This document shows, piece after piece, positions 1 through 11,299 of a stretch of DNA of 41,629 nucleotides. Each line of letters opens with the position of its first letter. Within the stretch, counting starts at the first letter, position 1. The DNA lies in contig NC_068985.1 of the NCBI RefSeq assembly GCF_001194135.2, positions 14,019,256 through 14,060,884 on the forward strand, written 5' to 3'. A program made the position numbers and the translations under genes. Under the pieces are notes generated by a model. The model did not search any database. It saw only the letters and a program-made list of their open reading frames with translations, and was not told where the DNA came from. This DNA is from Octopus bimaculoides (lineage: Eukaryota).

Positions 1-58
1 CCAACATCGGTTGTCAAGCGATGGTGGGGGGACAAGCACACACACACAGATATATAAA
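1..58 (-). mobile_element. Family A SINE, internal fragment cut by window edge
   Basis: CATCGGTTGTCAAGCGATGG..GGGGGACAA matches the copies at 10117-10150 and 40920-40950. Confidence 0.8.
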
Positions 59-564
59 TATATGAACATATCACAGGAAGAAACTGAGAAGCAAGCAGCA
101 ATATAGAACTTCTTCACCAAAAGCCAATCACATAAGAACGGCCATTGAAAAAGTGATAATCCTGGCAGTGTTCTAGCATGGCCACTATAGCCAATGAAGA
201 ATTTACGAGTCATGAAAAACAGGCATTCATATATTTGTCACAAGAGAGGGTGTATTAATTATTTATACAATGCCATTTCTTTTCTGGGTTTTTTCCCATG
301 GCATTTTCTTTCCTACTTTTAACAATATCTGCAAACTAGATGTGACATTTTGTGACTTCCAGTGGCAAGGAATACTATGTGCCATATTACTTCTACCAGC
401 CTTTCTGACAAGTGCCAAGATCGGTTTGACCAAATTCTTAATATATATAAATATTAGTAGTTTACTTAACCAAAGTGATACTAATAACCCGGAGCTAGAA
501 TTCAGTTTACATATGCTTAAAAAAAATGCATACGTTGAGTACAGAGCATACTTTGAGATTATGA

Positions 565-771
565 AATGAACTTCATTAGCTTACAGTTGTTTCTGCTATT
601 AGATGCAGCACACTCATTGTTGAGTGCTTGTGTATCACCTCTCAGCTTCATCAGAGCTTCAAAGATGAAGTGTTGCTGTATTCTGTTTTTGAATGTAGGC
701 GTCAATGTTTTATCAATCATGAATGCATCGCATCTTGTAGCAGAGACAGCTGTAAGCCATTAAAGTTTATT
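565..771. mobile_element. MITE-like imperfect inverted repeat (~55-bp arms)
   Basis: Left arm AATGAACTTCATTAGCTTACAGTTGTTTCTGCTATTAGATGC aligns to the reverse complement of the right arm, AATAAACTTTAATGGCTTACAGCTGTCTCTGCTACAAGATGC. The core CTTACAGCTGTTTC recurs at 41456. Confidence 0.65.
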
Positions 772-808
772 ACATAATTTCTAGTCGTTATATATATAAT
801 TTCTAGTC

Positions 809-844
<36 letters not shown>

Positions 845-884
845 AGCTAGTCATTTCTATAATCTCTTATATATATGTATGTAC

Positions 885-917
<33 letters not shown>

Positions 918-1211
918 GTGGAGGCGCAATGGCCCAGTGGTTAGGGCAGCAGACTCGCGGTCAGAGGATCGCAGTTTCGATTCCCAGACCGGGCGTTGTG
1001 TGTGTTTATTGAGCGAAAACACTTAAAGCTCCACGTGGCTCCGGCAGGGGGTGGTGGCAACCCCTGTTGTACTCTTTTGCCCCTACTTTCTCTCACTCTT
1101 TCTTCCTGTTTCTTGAGTAATGCTGCGATGGACTGGCGTCCCATCCAGCTGGGTGGGGAACACATACGCCATAGAAACCGGGAAACCGGGCCCATGAGCC
1201 TGGCTAGGCTT
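918..1211 (+). mobile_element. Family B tRNA-derived SINE: head, body and V-domain-like segment
   Basis: A-box TGGCCCAGTGG and B-box-like GTTTCGATTCC. 918-1115 is homologous to the minus-strand copy at 38870-39056. CTGCGATGGACTGGCGTCCCATCCAG resembles V-SINE central domains (recalled). Confidence 0.8.
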
Positions 1212-1460
1212 ATTCCCTGTGGTACATGAGCAAGACACTTTATTTCACATTGCTGAAATCCACTCACCAAATGAAATTGAGTTGTACCTGTAATTCAAAG
1301 GGTCAGCGTTGTCACATTCTGTGTCTTTTTGAATCTCTCTGAGAATTACTTTAAGGGTACATGTGTCTGTGGAGCGCTCAGCCACTTGCACGTTAATTTC
1401 ACATACAAGCTGATTCATTGATTGAATCAGCTGGAACACTCGTTGTTATAACTGATGAAA
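1212..1460 (+). mobile_element. Older SINE fragment: CORE-like segment plus family B 3' tail
   Basis: TGAGCAAGACACTT is CORE-like. 1282-1460 aligns to 38680-38870 (minus) with many CpG>TpG/CpA changes. Confidence 0.7.
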
Positions 1461-1676
1461 TACCTTGCACGCATACGCACATGTGTGTGTGTGCATATAC
1501 ACACATAGCTAGAGAAAGAGGAGAGAGAAATTAAAAGGTTTTACCTTTTCATATCTTTCTCTCCTATATATCTATCTATCTCTCTATATAAAAATGTAAT
1601 AATAAGGGTAGAAATTGATATTAATCAATTAAAACCAGTGGTCTAGCATATTTTAAAAAATTCAAAGATTAAAATT

Positions 1677-1936
1677 ATATTACATACAAAATTAAGAGGA
1701 ATGACCAGCAAAAGTGGACTCCTATATGCTAGAAATAGATGCCGAATCACCTAACCATGAAGAATATGTTCTCAATAATTTAGTATATTTTCATTTGTCT
1801 TGCCCTTTTACAGTCTGGTGTCTCGCTGAAATTTTTATTGAGAACATATTCTTCGTGGTTAGGTGATTCGGCATCTATTTCTAGCATATAGGAGTCCACT
1901 TTTGCTGGTCGTTCCTCTTAATTTTGTATGTAATAT
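1677..1936. repeat. Near-perfect inverted repeat, 102-bp arms, 56-bp spacer (foldback/MITE-like)
   Basis: 1677-1778 equals the reverse complement of 1835-1936 with 2 mismatches. Confidence 0.95.
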
Positions 1937-2659
1937 CTCTCTATATATCATATATCTTTCCAAGATACATAGGTACACATATAGGATTATATGGAAACAG
2001 GTAGATAGACAGCTATATTAGATGGGAGTAATAAAAGAGGCAGGTAAATAAGATCACACAGAATTAGAGAAATAAATAAATAGATAAAGAGAAAGCGAGA
2101 GAAAGAGAGAGAAATGGGAAGAGACGAAGTATGAAAGCAAAGTGGAACTGAAGAATTACTATTGATAGTGAGAAGGAAATTGAAGTATGCCAAGTTGTTG
2201 AAATTAAGGAAATTAATACATTCCAGACATATCAGAGGGGGGGGGGAGGAACCCAAGAAAATATGTAAAAGAAACAAACCAACAAAAAGTATAAAATAAG
2301 AAACAGGAACAAATATTTGCAATGCTAAAATCATTAAAGACTGTTATTTTCTCTTTCAACAACAGATCAATTCTGCATTGATACTTTTGGTGCCATAAGA
2401 AGCAACTCATGACATCCTGTTATAACAGGCACCACTTGAAGCAGCCTATATGTGGTTGCTTGTTCCGCTAGAAAGCGCACCCCAATCTTCCTCAATTTAT
2501 ACACCACTGTTTTGGGATGGAACATTTTTTTTTTTTTTTTTTTTTAGAAAAGGTGGTCCTTTATTTCCCTCATCTTTACAGTGAAGAAGTACTCTGCCTG
2601 AAACATAGGGATACTCCACTCTTCAAGTCAAGTTCACTGTACTCTCTGTTAATATTATC

Positions 2660-2990
2660 AAACCTTTTGTTACTAAATTTCTGTTGGAATAGACTGTCTT
2701 TGTTTCAATCAACTTTGAAAATAATGAATTCAGTAAAATAACTTTGTCATAATTAAGTTGGTGTTTGGAACATAAATTAACAGTAAATTTTGATGGAAGA
2801 TTTTAATTAAGATCACTTCAACCCTTCTGCTACCATATTCATATTGAAATGTACTGTACATATTCATGTTGAAACGTACTGATTCAGTTAATTTAGAAAA
2901 TTAAGAAAAATTCAGTAAAATATCATTGTCATTATTAAACAGGTGTTTGGAATAGAAATATGGAGTTTTGATGGAAGATTTTAAATTTAA
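2660..2990 (+). repeat. Two degenerate tandem partial copies of the 3685-3914 element
   Basis: Shared motifs AACC(C/T)TT..TTAC, CAGTAAAATA, GGTGTTTGGAA and TTTGATGGAAGATTTTAA occur twice here and in 3685-3914. Confidence 0.6.
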
Positions 2991-3009
2991 ATTATTTTTG
3001 AGGGGAGGG

Positions 3010-3137
3010 GCTAAGTTGATTACATCAGCCCTTGTGCCCAACTGGTCCTTATTTTATTGACTGAGAAAGGAGGGAAGGCAATGCTGACCTTTATATAATT
3101 TGAACTCAAAACATAAAACCGGGAGAAATGCTGCAAA
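3010..3137 (-). mobile_element. Family E SINE-like fragment (Deu/Nin-like domain)
   Basis: Reverse complement resembles TTCTGAGTTCAAATT..GTCAGCATTGCCTTCCCTCC, as in the 9275-9830 units. Confidence 0.55.
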
Positions 3138-3593
3138 CAGGGCCAGTTTAAGACCCATTGAGGCCCTAAGCACTTAAGAGGTTTTGGTGCCCTCAAGTAA
3201 ATGTAGATGGTTCAAAATGTAAGCAAAAATAATTCAAAATGTAAACGATGATAAACCATAAAATAAATTTTTATTTTTCAAAATGAAACAAAATTCACAG
3301 TAAAATGGAAAATAATGTTTATTTTTGTATGCTTCCACTTAATTTATATTTGAAAAGTTTTCACCATCAGTTTTTTTTTTATTGCAAAGTGTTCGATGAT
3401 ATCATTAAAATTAATTTTACACAAAACTTCAGTTTCTATACTTAGTAGAAATAAGGCATTAAGATTTTCATTCTAGCAAGTTCAGAGTGATTTCTTTTGT
3501 GCCATAAACCATTTACCATTTCTGTGGTGCTCCCTCCTTCTCTTGCTGCCCTAAGCATATGCTTATTTTGCTTAATGGGTTAATCCAGCACTG
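3138..3593. mobile_element. Non-autonomous DNA transposon, hAT-like
   Basis: Imperfect TIRs CAGGGCCAGTTTAAGACCCA / TGGGTTAATCCAGCACTG; 8-bp flanks GCTGCAAA vs GCTGAAGA (6/8, possible TSD). Confidence 0.55.
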
Positions 3594-3684
3594 GCTGAAG
3601 AGCATTTTTTCCAGTATGCAAACATTTCTGCTAGCTTGCCAACTTACAATAAGGGTAATTTCTATTAATAAATGGTAATTCCTA

Positions 3685-3914
3685 TTAACCTTTTTGTTAC
3701 CATATTTCTGTTGATATGCATTGTGTTTCTTTCAATTAATTTTAAATATAACAAAAAATTTAGCAAAATAACTTAGTTATCATTCAGCTAGTGTTAGGAA
3801 CATAAATTGTGACTAAGGTTTGGTGGAAGATTCTAATTCAAAACTTATGAAAACAAGACATTTATACTACAGAACCAGAGGCAGTTTCAGCCGGGTTGGT
3901 ACTGAAAGGGTTAA
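3685..3914. mobile_element. piggyBac-like MITE with TTAA ends
   Basis: TTAA-CCTTTTTGTTACCA ... TGGTACTGAAAGGG-TTAA; TTAA target duplication is characteristic of piggyBac. Confidence 0.6.
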
Positions 3915-4071
3915 AGCAGTTTCAGTTTTTGATTTAGGAACATGGTTAGCAATTTTGAGAGGAGACAGTCTTAATGATTGGCTCCAGTATTAAACTGGAA
4001 TTTTCTTCTATCAAGCATGGAAGGATGAAAGGCACAGTTGGCCTCAATGTGATTGACACTCAGTCCATAAA

Positions 4072-4175
4072 GGGTTATGATTTGGGTTAAGGCTAGGGGT
4101 AAGGTTAGGGTTAGGGTTAAGGTTAGAGTTAAAGTTTAGGGTTAGGGATAAGCTAAGGTTAGTGTTAGGGTTAAG
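4072..4175 (+). repeat. Degenerate interstitial TTAGGG-like array
   Basis: About 17 units of GGTTA(G/A), e.g. GGTTAGGGTTAGGGTTAAGGTTAG. Confidence 0.9.
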
Positions 4176-4653
4176 ACGAAACAAAAAATTCAAACCATGT
4201 GGGACACATTGGTAACATAAATAAATTCTAGGAAAGTAGGAAACTTCGGCAATTGGTAAGTTTGGTCGTCATGAACAGTGAAACAAATCTGAAGTTTTAC
4301 AGACAAAGGTGGTTTAACAGAAAAGTAAAGTGATGTAATGGCTAGTGAAAGTGGAAAATATGTGAATAATTTAAAACATGGAGACAGGAAGTAGAAGAGG
4401 AGACTGCAGTAAATAAGAGATGTGGATTGTGTTGAGTGGGGTTGTGAGATGGTCTGATGGAACCAATAGGGAAAAATCATTTATGATATAAAAATATTCT
4501 TATTTAACTTGATGGCTTGTATAGAGTTCCATATTAGATAATGACAGAAGCTCAAACTAGCATACCTCCATATATGGCAAATGCATACATATTACGATAT
4601 ACATATACATATTCTTTGATAATCGAAAAAAGTTGAGGAGGAACTGACCTGGC

Positions 4654-5487
4654 NNNNNNNNNNNNNNNNNNNNNNNNNNNNNNNNNNNNNNNNNNNNNNN
4701 NNNNNNNNNNNNNNNNNNNNNNNNNNNNNNNNNNNNNNNNNNNNNNNNNNNNNNNNNNNNNNNNNNNNNNNNNNNNNNNNNNNNNNNNNNNNNNNNNNNN
4801 NNNNNNNNNNNNNNNNNNNNNNNNNNNNNNNNNNNNNNNNNNNNNNNNNNNNNNNNNNNNNNNNNNNNNNNNNNNNNNNNNNNNNNNNNNNNNNNNNNNN
4901 NNNNNNNNNNNNNNNNNNNNNNNNNNNNNNNNNNNNNNNNNNNNNNNNNNNNNNNNNNNNNNNNNNNNNNNNNNNNNNNNNNNNNNNNNNNNNNNNNNNN
5001 NNNNNNNNNNNNNNNNNNNNNNNNNNNNNNNNNNNNNNNNNNNNNNNNNNNNNNNNNNNNNNNNNNNNNNNNNNNNNNNNNNNNNNNNNNNNNNNNNNNN
5101 NNNNNNNNNNNNNNNNNNNNNNNNNNNNNNNNNNNNNNNNNNNNNNNNNNNNNNNNNNNNNNNNNNNNNNNNNNNNNNNNNNNNNNNNNNNNNNNNNNNN
5201 NNNNNNNNNNNNNNNNNNNNNNNNNNNNNNNNNNNNNNNNNNNNNNNNNNNNNNNNNNNNNNNNNNNNNNNNNNNNNNNNNNNNNNNNNNNNNNNNNNNN
5301 NNNNNNNNNNNNNNNNNNNNNNNNNNNNNNNNNNNNNNNNNNNNNNNNNNNNNNNNNNNNNNNNNNNNNNNNNNNNNNNNNNNNNNNNNNNNNNNNNNNN
5401 NNNNNNNNNNNNNNNNNNNNNNNNNNNNNNNNNNNNNNNNNNNNNNNNNNNNNNNNNNNNNNNNNNNNNNNNNNNNNNNNNNNNNNN
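4654..5487. other. Assembly gap
   Basis: Run of N. Confidence 1.
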
Positions 5488-6082
5488 AGTAAAGTTGTGG
5501 AATACCGTACGAGTGGAAATATATATGAAAAAAGGTTTGAAAATGCACTTATTTTTAAAATATTTATTTACTTAACCAGCTTCACTTTTTTAGAAAAAGA
5601 TTATCAAAAGTCTTTGAGAATAATAAAAAATGTTAAAAAACAGTTTGAGTATTAAAATGCATATATACATTCTTTGATGATAAAATATATTTAAAGTATA
5701 AAGCTTTGTATGAACTTTGTAGTGTTACATACTGATTATCACACATTCTCTGATAATAAGATGAAAATGTTAAAAACAGTGTGTGAAAATACATATATGG
5801 AAAAGTACATATACATATTCTTTGATAATCGAAAAAAGTTGAGGAGGAACTGACCTGGCTTTTTTCTCTTGTGTATATTGAGGGAATATATATATACACG
5901 CACACACATATATATAGCAAAGGACAATCATTATGTTGTCATAACAGGACTCAGAGTTTCAAATGCTGGATCTAAGAGCTACGATGCATTTTCCAATTAG
6001 GACAACTTACTGATTGTCCTATACTATACATATATAAATTCCTCTATTTACCCAATACCAAGGTCTCATTCTTTTGTTGTCA

Positions 6083-6122
<40 letters not shown>

Positions 6123-6358
6123 ATATAAATATATATGTATATATGTATATAAACACATCTATCTATCTGTCTGTCTGTTTGTCTATCTATCTATCTATCT
6201 ATCTATCTACATATCTATTTATCTATCTATATGTATGTATATATTGTTGATATTCCATGATCAGCCCTTAACTTTTTTCTGCCCAAAGAGTCTTTAATCC
6301 AGTGTTTACATGCCATTATTTACAGCATTATCTGAAGTGTGTTGCTGCTTTCCAGATT

Positions 6359-6442
6359 ACTAGCCCCAGTCAAACCATCCAACCCATGCCAGCATGGAAA
6401 ACAGACATTAAAGGATGATGATAATAATGATGATGATGATGA
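6359..6442 (+). mobile_element. Family C SINE 3' end with (GAT)n tail
   Basis: CCAACCCATGCCAGCATGGAAA..GATGATG, shared with 11890-11945 and 21125-21175. Confidence 0.8.
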
Positions 6443-6886
6443 TATATTCATATATATATATATACATCTATGATGCATATACACACGTAAGGGTCTTCAC
6501 GTGTGTCTTATCTTCCATCCATTCCCATTGGTATATACTACATTGTATCATAAAACAGCTAACAGCTTTTGTTTAGAAATTCAAAATTCTTCAGTAAGCA
6601 ATTTGCTTTGTGCGTTGCATTGAGGTAATAAACAGCACCTAATATAAAACACATGTAGTAAAAACCCCAACCCACCAACGGTAGGGTGACTGTCTGGGTG
6701 CCTGTTCACTATTTAAAAAAAATTTTTTGGGGTCAACCCTCATAAAATGCAATTTCACAGCAGATGACAATCTTCAAAGCAGACTGATACACCTCAATTG
6801 TTCTGCTTTGTTTAAAATATAAATAGTCATATAGGCACGTCTGGGTGTGTGTGTGGGTGGGGTGGGGTGTATATGCGCGCGCGCGC

Positions 6887-6892
<6 letters not shown>

Positions 6893-6953
<61 letters not shown>
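6893..6953 (+). repeat. (GA)n microsatellite running into a gap
   Basis: Direct observation. Confidence 1.
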
Positions 6954-7897
6954 NNNNNNNNNNNNNNNNNNNNNNNNNNNNNNNNNNNNNNNNNNNNNNN
7001 NNNNNNNNNNNNNNNNNNNNNNNNNNNNNNNNNNNNNNNNNNNNNNNNNNNNNNNNNNNNNNNNNNNNNNNNNNNNNNNNNNNNNNNNNNNNNNNNNNNN
7101 NNNNNNNNNNNNNNNNNNNNNNNNNNNNNNNNNNNNNNNNNNNNNNNNNNNNNNNNNNNNNNNNNNNNNNNNNNNNNNNNNNNNNNNNNNNNNNNNNNNN
7201 NNNNNNNNNNNNNNNNNNNNNNNNNNNNNNNNNNNNNNNNNNNNNNNNNNNNNNNNNNNNNNNNNNNNNNNNNNNNNNNNNNNNNNNNNNNNNNNNNNNN
7301 NNNNNNNNNNNNNNNNNNNNNNNNNNNNNNNNNNNNNNNNNNNNNNNNNNNNNNNNNNNNNNNNNNNNNNNNNNNNNNNNNNNNNNNNNNNNNNNNNNNN
7401 NNNNNNNNNNNNNNNNNNNNNNNNNNNNNNNNNNNNNNNNNNNNNNNNNNNNNNNNNNNNNNNNNNNNNNNNNNNNNNNNNNNNNNNNNNNNNNNNNNNN
7501 NNNNNNNNNNNNNNNNNNNNNNNNNNNNNNNNNNNNNNNNNNNNNNNNNNNNNNNNNNNNNNNNNNNNNNNNNNNNNNNNNNNNNNNNNNNNNNNNNNNN
7601 NNNNNNNNNNNNNNNNNNNNNNNNNNNNNNNNNNNNNNNNNNNNNNNNNNNNNNNNNNNNNNNNNNNNNNNNNNNNNNNNNNNNNNNNNNNNNNNNNNNN
7701 NNNNNNNNNNNNNNNNNNNNNNNNNNNNNNNNNNNNNNNNNNNNNNNNNNNNNNNNNNNNNNNNNNNNNNNNNNNNNNNNNNNNNNNNNNNNNNNNNNNN
7801 NNNNNNNNNNNNNNNNNNNNNNNNNNNNNNNNNNNNNNNNNNNNNNNNNNNNNNNNNNNNNNNNNNNNNNNNNNNNNNNNNNNNNNNNNNNNNNNNN
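6954..7897. other. Assembly gap
   Basis: Run of N. Confidence 1.
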
Positions 7898-7946
<49 letters not shown>

Positions 7947-9274
7947 AGCATGCATTTACATATGTATATATATATATATATATATACCTTTGAAAGGTTT
8001 GAATTTGTCAACAAGAGAATAAAAGTACTCAATATACATGTTTTTCGAATGTATCATTTGTTTAAACTAAATGTCTTTTTTTTTTTTGTTGTTGTTGTTG
8101 TTGTTCTTACTTTACTTTGCAATTTGAGCACACAAGAAAAAGAATCCTGCCCACATAGATGTGCATGTGTGTATGTGTGCCTGTGTGTGTATACGCATTT
8201 GTGAGGATGGTGTCAGGTATCTTATGTACCAGACAAGAATACCATTGCACTGTTATCATTGCATGCACATGAAAATAAACTTTAAAAAGATAACGGTTAA
8301 AATATCTACATAAACAAATACCTACATACACATTTTGCAGAGGAATCGTAAGCTGTCTAAACTAACACACTTCTCTGATCTTTAACTAATCTACTGTCTC
8401 ATGTTGGCTCTTTATTTTGTAAGTGCCAATTATAATGCTATAAAGTTTGATACCGAACTACTAAAAATATGCAAAGAATAAATGATTCCTGCAAACATTG
8501 CTAAGAATAGATGGGTGGTATGGTGCTAAGAAGAGAAAGAAATGGTAAAACAAAACTGTGTTAATGCAGAACTTCTCATCTGATGAAGAAATGAGCGAAA
8601 ATATTTTTGGTTTTGTTTTCATATGCATGGAACCAATGGAACCTTTTTTATGTATTTCTTTATTTTAAGTCGTAAGAATCTGTGATTCTGCAAGGAATGT
8701 AAATAAAATCTCTTCAACAAATATAAACAGAGATAAGAACAAATTCTTCAGTTTTAAGAACAATTATCCCTTTCTTTATCAGAAAAACTATTTATAAAAA
8801 AAATAATAAATGAATAAATAAAAATGATAAGAATGGCTCTTCAGAAGGTAACACCATGTTTGTATTTTGGTATAACTGGAAGAGAAATGCAGTAATTAGT
8901 CTATTAGCCTGATTTTTATGCTTTTATTTACCCTTTCATTTTGATGGATACTGGAATGGCTGGGTTGTTATAGAATTTGGTTTTATCTACTGTATGGCAT
9001 CTGAGACAAGTGCCTCCGCTATACTCTCAAATCCTTGACAAATATTGTGACAATCTGACAATCTAGTTCAGCTTAGAATTTTATGTTCAGAGTATTTGTA
9101 TCTATGGAATATTCAACCAGTTGCATGTTAATTTAATGGATTGGATATTCAGTCGATAGAACTACTGAATACTCATCAAAACAGAGACAGGAACCATTAT
9201 CATACCAACAAAAACATGGATGATAATAATAATTATTGGCAACAGAGGCAGCGTTAATATCAAACGGTAATGCT

Positions 9275-9830
9275 TGTCTCCCTGGGTGAAATGCTTAGTG
9301 GTATTTCATCTGTCTAGGTTCTGGGTTCAAATTCTGCTGAGGTCGACTTTGCCTTTCATCCTTTTGGGGTTGATAAATTAAGTACCAGTTGTGTACTGGG
9401 TTCAATTTAATCGTCTGCCACCTACTCCCCAAAAATTTCAGGCCTTGTGCCTAGAGTAGAAAAGAATCGCTAGCACAACGGGTGAAATACTTAGCAGTAT
9501 TTTGACTGTCTTTACATTCTGGGTTCAAATTCCGCCAACGTCAGCTTTGCCTTTCATCCTTTCAGGGTCAATAAATTAAGTACCAGTTGCGTACTGAGGT
9601 TGATTCAGTCAACTGGCTCTTTCCCCCAAAATTTTGGGCCTTGTGCCTAGAGTAGAAAAGAATCATTAGCATGCTGTACAAAATGTTTAATGGCATTTGG
9701 TCTGTTTTTATATTCTGTGTCCAAATTCTGCTGAGGCCAGCTTTGCCTTTCATCCTTTTAGAGTTGATAAAACAAGTACCATTTGTTCACCAGGGTTAAT
9801 GTAATTGACTTCACCCTGCCCCCAAAGGCT
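9275..9830 (+). repeat. Three head-to-tail ~195-bp family E units
   Basis: Each carries GTTCAAATTC..CTTTGCCTTTCATCC..GATAAA..AAGTACCA; units 1 and 2 both end GGCCTTGTGCCTAGAGTAGAAAAGAATC. Confidence 0.9.
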
Positions 9831-9954
9831 GTTAATTTCCCCATATATTAAAAACACCATCACACCATGATGCTGATGAATTTGTCAGGGCAGCCAAAGA
9901 TTCTCATAATCTTCCAAAGCCCCTTGCAACTGACAGTTCCAAATGCCTTATTCT

Positions 9955-10162
9955 TTTACTCTTTTACTTGTTTCAGTCATTTTGAGTGCGGCCATGCTGG
10001 AGCACCGCCTTTAGTTGAGCAAATCGACCCCAGGACTTATTGTTTGTAAGCGTAGTACTTATTCTATCGGTCTCTTTTTGCCGAACCACTAAGTTACGGG
10101 GACGTAAACACACCAGCATCGGTTGTCAAGCAATGGTGGGGGGGACAATGTCAGAAACACAA

Positions 10163-10203
<41 letters not shown>

Positions 10204-10359
10204 TACGACGGGCTTCTTTCAGTTTCCGTGTACCAAATCCACTCACAAGGCTTTGGTTGGCCTGAGGCTATAGTAGAAGACACTTGCCCAAGGTGCTACA
10301 CAGTGGGACTGAACTCGAAACCATGTGGTTGGGAAGCAACTACACAGCCACTCCTGCGC
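9955..10359 (-). mobile_element. Family A tRNA/CORE SINE, full length, with internal microsatellite
   Basis: Minus strand: GGCGCAGGAGTGGCTGTG head, CORE-like GCACCTTGGGCAAGTGTCTT, (AT)n/(GT)n, then tail ending TGACTGAAACAAGTAAAAG. Confidence 0.9.
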
Positions 10360-10568
10360 CTTAGTTAAGTCTACAAACATCATGTATAGGTCCTTGTTCT
10401 GCTCCTGGCAAATTTCCTGAAGTTGGCATGTGGCAAAGATCCATGTCGAATGTCCCACAGCCCTCTCTGAAGTCACACAGAGCCTAGTAGATGCACATCT
10501 TCCATGTACTGAATGATGCGACTAAAGAGAACCCTTGCAAGTATCTTGCCAGCAATGACAAGGAGAGT
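10360..10568 (-). pseudogene. RTE-clade LINE reverse transcriptase fragment, frameshifted
   Basis: Translates as SLLVIAGKILARVL..CDFREGCGTFDM / IFATCQLQEICQEQNKDLYMMFVDLTKA, matching the RTE/BovB-like motifs SLLSIAGKILARVL and IFAARQLQEKCQEQ..FVDLTKAFD; frameshifts present. Confidence 0.9.
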
Positions 10569-10888
10569 AGTCACGGAAAAAGCTAAACTCCATCACCACC
10601 ACCATCACAAGCCACACCTCTCTTTACTACTGCGTCTCTTTTTTTGCAAACAGCATTTTCTTAAATAAGCCATCTAAACATGACAGATTATCTTATATGT
10701 CAATCAATGAAATATTTGTTTTAGCTGCATAATTTCACCGCTGAATCTTCCTGATAAACGCACTGTTATCTAATATATTAATGTATCACTGTACATATAT
10801 GTACATCATTGAAGAAATTTCATATCTTATAACCAGCTCATCATTAGCCTACATTTGATAACACTAATTCCCAGACTGCAGCTTAAAT

Positions 10889-10940
<52 letters not shown>

Positions 10941-11299
10941 TGTGTGTGTATGCACGTAAGGTATTGTAAGGCCACAAAGATCAGAACTTAACTGCAGCTC
11001 TTGGCGGTGGGTGTCTTTTCGGAACGTTGTCTAGTTTAAAAAGCTATATCAGATGCCATGATGGCTCTAAGGTGTAGGTACAGGAGGTGGTCATACTATG
11101 CAGAAGGAGTACACAGCCACCATATATATATATATATATATGTGCATACATATATATATATGTATATTTGCATATGCACAAACATACATACAAAGACCTA
11201 CACATGTAAATGTAGACAAAAGCTATAGTGTTTTCTGGTTAAAATCTCAGTTTCAGCTTCGGAAATAAAACTAATCTATTCTTTTTCTTTTTTACATTC

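Noticed and set aside
585-749. Genuine minus-strand coding exon with a GAF-like RC..F.ID strand (PDE-like)
   Set aside because: The same splice signals and a similar peptide appear on the opposite strand because the segment is an inverted repeat; no supporting neighbouring exons were found
918-990. tRNA gene
   Set aside because: The tRNA-like A/B boxes run into a SINE body repeated at 38676-39056; no acceptor-stem closure or T-terminator
4592-8204. Long ORFs of 318-451 aa in the ORF track
   Set aside because: They consist of N-gap (X) and dinucleotide repeats
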